The notes under the pieces: generated by a model
Database searches by the model: none
What the model was told of the DNA's origin: nothing
The model's input: the letters and a program-made list of their open reading frames with translations, nothing else
Translations under genes and position numbers: made by a program
Shown: piece after piece, positions 57,171 to 64,000 of the stretch
Layout: each line of letters begins with the position of its first letter
Position numbering within the stretch: position 1 is the first letter of the stretch
Assembly: GCA_963733095.1 (NCBI GenBank)
Contig: CAVTBV010000002.1
Coordinates: 78,664 to 142,663, forward strand
Reading direction: 5' to 3'
DNA length: 64,000 nt
From: Candidatus Bathyarchaeota archaeon
Lineage (GTDB): Archaea > Thermoproteota > Bathyarchaeia > Bathyarchaeales > Bathycorpusculaceae

Positions 57171-59753
57171 ATGCAAAAACTAAAAAATAAAACTATGGCT
57201 ATTTTGATTGCAACAATCTTGACAATTTCTATCGGAGCTTCAACAACGTTATTACCCGATGTTAGCGCCCATACTCCAGCATTATCAATTAAAACGTACT
57301 CATTCATCAACATTGCACCTGCTCCTATCGGTGTAGGGCAACAAGTTAACGTAAACTTCTGGCTTAATTCGCCTCCACCAACCGCAGCTGGCGCCTACGG
57401 TGACAGATGGACAAACATGACGGTAGTAGTCACACATCCAGACGGAACCACCGAAACACTAGGGCCATTCACTTCCGATGACACAGGAGGATCACACACA
57501 GTCTATACACCCACAGTCGTAGGCAACTACACTTTCCAGATGTCCTTTGCTGGAGAAACACTATCAGGACTAAACACACCTAACGGATTACCCTCAACTA
57601 ACCCATTTGTCGGCGACTATTATGAACCTAGCAAAAGCAACGTTTTTCATCTATCCGTACAACAGGAACAAATAAGCTACGCACCTGTAATTCCGCTTCC
57701 AACCGAATACTGGACACGTCCGATCTATGCTCAGAACAATGATCTATGGTACGCAATAGGCGGCAACTGGCTGGGTCTTGGAGTATCAACATTCGCAAAC
57801 ACTGGGCAATACGATTCTCACGGAGACTATGCACCCTACACTACTGCACCAAACAGTCCGCACATAATGTGGACTAAACCTGTGGCTTTCGGCGGCACAA
57901 TGGGCGGAGAATTCGGCAACTCTCAACAAAGCAACTACTGGTCAACTTCGCAATACCAGCCCAAGTTCGCACCTATAATCATTCAAGATATACTGTATTA
58001 TAATATGTATCCTGGTTCAACTGCTAATCCGGCAGGCTGGGCAGCAGTAAACTTACACACCGGCGAAACAATATGGACACAGGACTACACGACGATTCTA
58101 AAATGCGGTCAAATAATGGATTACTTATCACCTAACGAATACGGCGGCAGAGCATATTTGTGGGCTACTGGATCTGTTGACGGTGTTGTTTCGACTGGAA
58201 CAACATACAGCATGTATGATGCTATGACTGGAAAATATATCCTTAGCATTGTCAACGGTACTGGCTTGTCAAAGATACTACTAGATAACCATGGCGGCTT
58301 AATTGGCTACTACACCAATAGCAGTAGAGGTCAAACTTCGCTTACTGTTTGGAATTCTACTAGAACAATCCTAAGAGGGACAAATGGCAATAGTGATCTC
58401 AATAATGCTTGGCAATGGAGACCTACGCAAGACGGAGTATATGCTTTCCAAAACGGAATCGAATGGTCAGTGCCTATAAGCACAACCATTAATGGCGAAC
58501 CTATATCTCTGAGCCTCACTGGAGTTTCCGACGATGTGGTACTTATGACAGATCAAAGTGGTGATTCCGGCTCGTTCAATTTAGGCTGGACCATTGCAGC
58601 AGGCTACAGTGCAGTCGATGGACATTTGATTTGGGGACCAGTTAATCACACCGAAGTCGTAAATTCAAGGCTTCTTCTGGGTGCTGAAACTATGGGTAAC
58701 GGCGTTTGGGTAGAGCTTGATTCCTCCACTTTATCAGCTAGTGGCTACAGTCTCACCACTGGAAACAAGGTATGGGGACCAGAACCCTTGCCAAATGTTA
58801 ATCCTTTCAGTTCACTTGGTATGCGATACTGTCCTGCTAACGGTACACTCTTTGTCTGGACTTATGGAGGAGACGCTTATTCTATCGATATGGCAACTGG
58901 CACTTTCAACTGGGATTATCATTCGCCATCAAGCGGTTATGAGTCTCCTTATGGTACGTGGCCATTTTGGACTTTTAGCGTGGGAACAGTTGCGGACGGT
59001 AAATTATTTATTCCTATAGGACACATGTACAGTCCACCTCTATTCCATCATGCACAGCAAATGGTTTTGAACATCACTGATGGCTCGGTAGTATGGAGTA
59101 TAACTGCTTTTGATGTAACTAGCGCACCCGCTATCTCAGATGGCATCGCGGTTACACTGAACGCTTATGACAATCAGCTATACGCTTGGGGCAAAGGACC
59201 AACCAAGCTTACTGTTTCAGCACCCGCTGTCGGCGTTACAACAGCTACACCAATAGTCATTAGCGGTACAATCACCGATATTTCAGCAGGCGCTTCCCAA
59301 GAAGTGTCAGCAGCACGCTTCCCTAATGGTCTGCCATGTGTCTCTGAAGCAAGCCAACAGACTTGGATGGAGTACGTTTATATGCAACAGCCACGCCCGA
59401 CAAACGCGACAGGCGTCCCGGTTATCTTAAGTGTCGTTGACTCTAACGGCAACTATAGGGATATCGGCACTACCACAAGCAATGTCTATGGTGCCTACAG
59501 TTTCACTTGGACACCTGACATTTTAGGCGACTACACTGTCATCGCCAACTTTGCAGGTTCAGAATCTTACTATCCAGCATCAGCTTCAACGGCTTTCTAC
59601 GCCGGTGAACCAGCAGCAACAGTTACTCCAACGGTAGTTACAACGTCATCTATGGCTGATCAATACTTTATTCCCGCAATCGCAGGCCTATTTGTTCTAA
59701 TCGTAATAGTCCTCATTATAGTAGTGCTGTCGATGCTTAGAAAGCGACCTTAA
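57171..59753 (+). CDS. Large surface protein with PQQ-like propeller between Ig-like domains
   Basis: Signal peptide, P.P.GVGQ, PLPTEYWTRPI, G...W repeats, C-terminal TM + RKRP. Confidence 0.88.
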   Translation: MQKLKNKTMAILIATILTISIGASTTLLPDVSAHTPALSIKTYSFINIAPAPIGVGQQVNVNFWLNSPPPTAAGAYGDRWTNMTVVVTHPDGTTETLGPFTSDDTGGSHTVYTPTVVGNYTFQMSFAGETLSGLNTPNGLPSTNPFVGDYYEPSKSNVFHLSVQQEQISYAPVIPLPTEYWTRPIYAQNNDLWYAIGGNWLGLGVSTFANTGQYDSHGDYAPYTTAPNSPHIMWTKPVAFGGTMGGEFGNSQQSNYWSTSQYQPKFAPIIIQDILYYNMYPGSTANPAGWAAVNLHTGETIWTQDYTTILKCGQIMDYLSPNEYGGRAYLWATGSVDGVVSTGTTYSMYDAMTGKYILSIVNGTGLSKILLDNHGGLIGYYTNSSRGQTSLTVWNSTRTILRGTNGNSDLNNAWQWRPTQDGVYAFQNGIEWSVPISTTINGEPISLSLTGVSDDVVLMTDQSGDSGSFNLGWTIAAGYSAVDGHLIWGPVNHTEVVNSRLLLGAETMGNGVWVELDSSTLSASGYSLTTGNKVWGPEPLPNVNPFSSLGMRYCPANGTLFVWTYGGDAYSIDMATGTFNWDYHSPSSGYESPYGTWPFWTFSVGTVADGKLFIPIGHMYSPPLFHHAQQMVLNITDGSVVWSITAFDVTSAPAISDGIAVTLNAYDNQLYAWGKGPTKLTVSAPAVGVTTATPIVISGTITDISAGASQEVSAARFPNGLPCVSEASQQTWMEYVYMQQPRPTNATGVPVILSVVDSNGNYRDIGTTTSNVYGAYSFTWTPDILGDYTVIANFAGSESYYPASASTAFYAGEPAATVTPTVVTTSSMADQYFIPAIAGLFVLIVIVLIIVVLSMLRKRP

Positions 59754-59808
59754 GAATGTCTATAAAATAAAAACTATCTTTCCCCTTTTTTAGTCCTTTA
59801 AAAATGTG

Positions 59809-59855
59809 TTGGAGAACTGACGGGGGCTGAGCCTCAGCAAACCCCGGTTCTCCAA
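59809..59855. other. GC-rich hairpin with two opposed 3-nt bulges
   Basis: TTGGAGAAC-tga-CGGGG-GCTGA-gcc-TCAGC-aaa-CCCCG-GTTCTCCAA. Confidence 0.7.
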
Positions 59856-59871
59856 AGAAAATTTTTTTCTT

Positions 59872-60039
59872 CTAAAGTATTGGGGTAAGAACGATTGGTA
59901 TTTTACGTTTCATTTCTTCTAGCATATCCATGGAATCTTGTAGTCTCTTAGATTGATTAGGTAAAGGAAAGCCCAAAATGACACGGAACGCATGGACGGA
60001 AAAATCCATCAGAGGTAATAGTGAAGGATAACTGTCCAT
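59872..60039 (-). CDS. Possible 55-aa protein (not in ORF track)
   Basis: MDSYPSLLPLMDFSVHAFRVILGFPLPNQSKRLQDSMDMLEEMKRKIPIVLTPIL; TATA-like CTTATC upstream. Confidence 0.4.
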   Translation of the reverse strand: MDSYPSLLPLMDFSVHAFRVILGFPLPNQSKRLQDSMDMLEEMKRKIPIVLTPIL

Positions 60040-60170
60040 TGCCCTAACTCTTTTCTCTTAATTCTGTTCTGCCTGAACACCCGTCCAGCATCGAGGGGAT
60101 AAGAGTTTTTTTAGAAAAACGTTAAATAGTCTATAGCCCAAAATGCTCACTTCCTTGGGGGGACGTACAC

Positions 60171-60389
60171 TTGAATAGGGAAGAAGCGGTAGCGGTTCTA
60201 AAAGAACTTGTCTCCTTACATTTAGTTGAAGCTTCCTGGGTTGCCATTGGAAAGAGGAAAAAAACCCAGTATCAACTTGAGATAAAATGTGATTACCAAA
60301 ATCAAACTATGCAAGAATTTCTAATTAAGAATAATTTGGCGATGGAAGAGGATAAAGCAAGAGGAATCTGTTTTATCTATAAGCCTTGA
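60171..60389 (+). CDS. Small hypothetical protein
   Basis: TTG start after a G-rich SD; upstream TTAAATA. Confidence 0.65.
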   Translation: MNREEAVAVLKELVSLHLVEASWVAIGKRKKTQYQLEIKCDYQNQTMQEFLIKNNLAMEEDKARGICFIYKP

Positions 60390-60590
60390 TTATTGTTTTG
60401 GATTTCTTATCTGACATTTTTTTGTTGGGACTTTTCTTTTTTTGGGTTATTATCGTGTTTGGGCTAATAAGGTATTAGTGCTTTTTTCTTGCAAGGTTTT
60501 CTTTGGTGAGGTTATAGCTTAGCAGCTGAACCTATTGATGATGCGGGGAATGTTATGCATAGTTGTTTCAATATTCAAGAAGACAAAGTA

Positions 60591-60917
60591 TCATTTGAGC
60601 ACTTTATCCATCCAATCTAAATAGGCCTTTGAGCCCTCAACGATTGGAAACGCCAAAACCTCAGGGACCTCATAACTATGCAACCCCCTCACACACTCCT
60701 CCAATTCCCCAAACAAATCCAAACGCGACTTCATAACCACCAAACATTCCTCACACACATCCACTTTGTCCGACCAATTGAAAAGAGAAGTCACTGGATT
60801 GACTATGTTTGCACATGCAATTAACTTTTCTTTCAGAAGAGCCTGTGAGATTTTTTCTGCCTCCGCTTTGTTAGCGGTTGTCACAAAGACAATTATATAA
60901 TTGGTTTTAGAGCTCAT
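60591..60917 (-). CDS. cutA: CutA divalent-cation tolerance protein
   Basis: LIACAN, S.F.W, HSYEVPE, YLDW. Confidence 0.95.
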   Translation of the reverse strand: MSSKTNYIIVFVTTANKAEAEKISQALLKEKLIACANIVNPVTSLFNWSDKVDVCEECLVVMKSRLDLFGELEECVRGLHSYEVPEVLAFPIVEGSKAYLDWMDKVLK

Positions 60918-61013
60918 GAACTTCGCCACATATGTTTTATTTGACAAATAAAAAAACCTGTTGTCTCAAAGAATTGACACATTTAAATTTCTCCGCGACA
61001 AGTATAAAGTGTA

Positions 61014-61529
61014 TTGAGGCGAAGTTTCTTGAAGCAGGAACAAATCAAAATTCTAAAAACTATGAACGAAGCCACCAACCGCATGGACCTAACCATGTTT
61101 GCGCAAGCTGTAAACCTAACCGCAAACCAAGCTATCGCAGAAGTCCAAGAACTTGCCAGAGAAGGGTTTTTGCGCAAGGTAAGCGGCGGATTTGGATTAA
61201 CAGAAAAAGGCAAAAACGCACTAAAAGCCTATGTCTCCGTTTCAGCAGACATGGGTTTCAACTTTTATGGTGAAGTAGATACGCCGCTGGGTTTCTCCGC
61301 TCAATCATTGGCGGATTTTTACCGCGCAATCAAACAGGTGGTTTCTGGCTCTTTGGAATTTCATCTGTATCGGGGCGACTTTGAGAAGTGGCTAAGAGAT
61401 GTTTGTAAGGATGAGGAGCTGGCTGAAGCCTTTGGAACCGTTAAGGCTGAAGTGTTGAAGGGTGAGGGACTTCGAAAAGCGCTCTTAAAAGCCATAGACG
61501 CCAAATACGGCATTGGAGAATTATTGTAA
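61014..61529 (+). CDS. wHTH plus DUF5752-like domain protein
   Basis: N-terminal wHTH (LTEKGK); F.FY, A.SL..F, SLEFH.YRGDFE.W. Confidence 0.78.
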   Translation: MRRSFLKQEQIKILKTMNEATNRMDLTMFAQAVNLTANQAIAEVQELAREGFLRKVSGGFGLTEKGKNALKAYVSVSADMGFNFYGEVDTPLGFSAQSLADFYRAIKQVVSGSLEFHLYRGDFEKWLRDVCKDEELAEAFGTVKAEVLKGEGLRKALLKAIDAKYGIGELL

Positions 61530-61531
61530 GT

Positions 61532-62005
61532 TTATGGTTTTTCATTGTTGAGTTTTTTCCACCAATAAGGAACCCGTATATTTTCCGCCATATCCCAAAA
61601 GTCATAAGGCTTAACGTCTAAAACGGGAGTGCCATCGTATGCATCTAATCCCCGCACAGTCAAGACGTTGCCGTCAACTTTGACCAATTCCACCAGAGTT
61701 AACCCAATCGGGTTTGGTCGCAGCATAGTTCTTGCGGCGAAAATGCCTGTTAGGGGCATGTCTTGTCTTCCTCTTGGATGAACCTTCAAAGTTTTTCGAT
61801 GCTCATCGGTGATTTGGTTTAGGTAGAACAGAATAAACAAATGTGAAAACCCCGAAATGCCGTTTAAGCCTTCAGCCAGCTCTTCGCGAAGGACAACCTG
61901 AGAAATTGTGGATTTATCTCTAACTCTTTCATTCTCGGCTTTAGTTTTGACATAGCCAATGGGGTTTAAAACAATCTTTTCGTTAGAACGCATCTTATTC
62001 CTCAT
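61532..62005 (-). CDS. tsaA: tRNA m6t6A37 methyltransferase TrmO/TsaA family
   Basis: PIGYV, G.FA.R...RPNPIGL, GLDA.DGTPVLD.KPY. Confidence 0.93.
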   Translation of the reverse strand: MRNKMRSNEKIVLNPIGYVKTKAENERVRDKSTISQVVLREELAEGLNGISGFSHLFILFYLNQITDEHRKTLKVHPRGRQDMPLTGIFAARTMLRPNPIGLTLVELVKVDGNVLTVRGLDAYDGTPVLDVKPYDFWDMAENIRVPYWWKKLNNEKP

Positions 62006-62214
62006 CGAATCTTGGCGTCGAAAATATTTAAGCATTAAACTGCCATCATAAGATTGCACTTACTACTCTTACGTGTTAATGGCTTAGAAAACCGCCAATA
62101 CAGCCTTTACCCTCTATAGGTAAACTGTAATGATCGAAACTTAGAAGCCAAATAGTTGTTTCGTTAAACTTGGTTTCAGCAAGATATTATTCTTGGATTA
62201 ACAGAGTCTGTATT

Positions 62215-62886
62215 ATGTTGCGTGTTGGTCACCGTGGCGCGAGGGCTTACGCGCCCGAGAATACGTTGGCAAGTTTTAAGAAAGCCCTAGAAATCGGCGT
62301 AGATGGGGTAGAGTTGGATGTCAGAAAAACCAAAGACGACAAAATAGTCGTTATTCATGATGCTGATGTTAAACGGACAACCGACGGCGAAGGCTTAGTC
62401 AGCGAGCTTACTCTAATGCAAATCAAGGGTTTTTCTTCCCAAGGAGAAAAGATTCCGACTCTGGAGGAAACGCTAGATTTTTTGGATAAGAAAGTGAAAG
62501 TGCTAATTGAACTAAAGGAAGCGGGCGTTGAAGAACAAGTTCTCTCCATAGTTAATGCGAAAGGGCTTGAGAAAAACGTTGTAATAATCTCTTTCCTAGA
62601 AGAAGCCCTCAAAAAAGTCAAAGAACTCAACAAGAACATCGAAACAGGATTAATCTACGCAAAACACAGCAACCCCATAAAAGCAGCTCTGGAGCTTAAA
62701 GCAAACTACCTTGTTGCATTATACAGGTTCACTCACACAGCCACAGTTCAAAAAGCACATGAAAACGGCTTAAAAATCATCGTTTGGACCATAAACACCA
62801 AAAAAGAAGCCCAAGAATACGCCAAGAAAGGCGTGGACGGCATAGCCAGCGACAAACCAGACATACTATCCGACATTAATGCTTAG
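62215..62886 (+). CDS. Glycerophosphodiester phosphodiesterase
   Basis: GHRGA...PENT, ELDV, HD..V.RTT, IELK, WT.N. Confidence 0.94.
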   Translation: MLRVGHRGARAYAPENTLASFKKALEIGVDGVELDVRKTKDDKIVVIHDADVKRTTDGEGLVSELTLMQIKGFSSQGEKIPTLEETLDFLDKKVKVLIELKEAGVEEQVLSIVNAKGLEKNVVIISFLEEALKKVKELNKNIETGLIYAKHSNPIKAALELKANYLVALYRFTHTATVQKAHENGLKIIVWTINTKKEAQEYAKKGVDGIASDKPDILSDINA

Positions 62887-63802
62887 CTACCTGTGCCTTG
62901 AGAACTCGCTCTATCCTGTCTACATCAGCTTGGCTTTCACTGTTTAGTGGTGTCAACTTGATTTCATCGGGCGATTTAACTCCAAAACCCAACTCAGCCG
63001 CCCTCTTCAACTGGTCCTGCTCAAAAATTTCCGCTTCACCCACCTTGCCCTTGGCACCATATATTTTTAGAATCGCCACTCCCACCGCATCGATCGCCAC
63101 GCGGTCGCGGCTTGCCAACAAAAGCCCCGGCTCAACCTCCCTGCCCTTTTCAGGCCCGCCCGTAACGAATGCTTTAATCCCATCCATCAAGACAAAGTCG
63201 AGGTTGTAGTGGCTGTTTATTTCGGCAATCATCTGTCGTTGAAACGGCGAACCATGCAGTTCCCACATGTAATCGTATATGCCTCCTGGAACTTTCTTGG
63301 CGACTAAACCAACAGAATTCTTTAGCGACAGCGTAAAGTGGCCGCCGAAGCGGTGGGTTTTGAGGCAGCAGGTCTGAACGATTTTGTCAGCGTCGTGGAA
63401 AACCCTTGCCATGTAGAAGCCGTTTAGCCAATGAGTTTTGTCGTGGTCAAGTTTTACCCAGCCATCCTTTTCAACATCGTCTAAAACAACTGTTTTAAAA
63501 CCAATTTCCTTTGATAATCTTATAACGCCCATTTGTTCAAGCACTTCTCCAGTGTTGCCCATCCCGCTTCGTTCAGCCAAAGTTATCCCCCCTGCACCAG
63601 CCGCCTTTAGAGTTCCCACGATGGCACGCAACGTGTCCAGATGGGTTGAAGCGGGAAATGTGTCTGCACTATTAAAATTAGCTTTAAGTGCAACTTGTTT
63701 CTCAGAATAATCAGCTAACCCAAACTTTTTGAGGATTGCCGGAACACCTGTTGCGCGGTCGGTTGTTTTAAGTACAAAAACTTCGCCCAAAGAATCAGCC
63801 AT
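62876..63802 (-). CDS. DUF362-family protein
   Basis: LKAN, AERSG, LKTH, T.SLKN.VG, D.VAIDA. Confidence 0.85.
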   Translation of the reverse strand: MADSLGEVFVLKTTDRATGVPAILKKFGLADYSEKQVALKANFNSADTFPASTHLDTLRAIVGTLKAAGAGGITLAERSGMGNTGEVLEQMGVIRLSKEIGFKTVVLDDVEKDGWVKLDHDKTHWLNGFYMARVFHDADKIVQTCCLKTHRFGGHFTLSLKNSVGLVAKKVPGGIYDYMWELHGSPFQRQMIAEINSHYNLDFVLMDGIKAFVTGGPEKGREVEPGLLLASRDRVAIDAVGVAILKIYGAKGKVGEAEIFEQDQLKRAAELGFGVKSPDEIKLTPLNSESQADVDRIERVLKAQVAKH

Positions 63803-63923
63803 AAAAAATCACCATAAAAAACTAGAGTGCTGCTTTCTATTTAGTCTTCACTGCATCAAGCTGCAACAACAAAACCGCAAGCTCTATATTATTCAATGAA
63901 ACCTTTTTCAAAAGCGAAAGTGC

Positions 63924-63998
63924 GGGTCCGTAGCTCAGTCAGGCTAGAGCATCGGACTCTTAATCCGAGGGTCGCGGGTTCAACTCCCGTCGGACCCG
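63924..63998 (+). tRNA. tRNA-Lys(CTT), intronless
   Basis: GGGTCCG/CGGACCC acceptor stem, TCGGA-CTCTTAA-TCCGA anticodon arm, TTCAA T-loop; CC of CCA at window edge. Confidence 0.97.
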
Positions 63999-64000
63999 CC

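Noticed and set aside
63924-64000. tRNA as an integration site
   Set aside because: No duplicate tRNA 3' end or integrase in the window; downstream sequence is not visible

Overview
This is an archaeal chromosomal window, shown by L35Ae, aIF-1A, an archaeal-size SRP RNA, Lhr and Mre11/Rad50. Bathyarchaeia-like is my inference from the PQQ-repeat surface proteins, wHTH-DUF5752 and frequent TTG starts. It carries moaCBA, a cbiMNQO cobalt transporter with a divergent regulator, and a ~15 kb divergent tetrapyrrole/anaerobic corrin-ring cluster (hemA-cbiX/C-D-E-T-L-F-G-H opposite a permuted amidase-sirC-hemBLC-cobA-hemD). It also has trpEGDCBA, two PAS histidine kinases, surface proteins, several pseudogenes and tRNA-Lys(CTT). 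I found no CRISPR array, integrase or intact transposase. The most unusual items are: (1) an island at 34.6-43.3 kb with aIF-1A out of its usual context, an uncalled LysW-like zinc ribbon in frame behind the aIF-1A amber stop, three CxxC-x17-CxxC proteins and shared leader words; (2) three genes apparently lacking ATG/GTG/TTG starts; (3) a domain-swapped corrinoid amidase; (4) uncalled microproteins and candidate operators. All family calls come from motif recognition; no searches were run.
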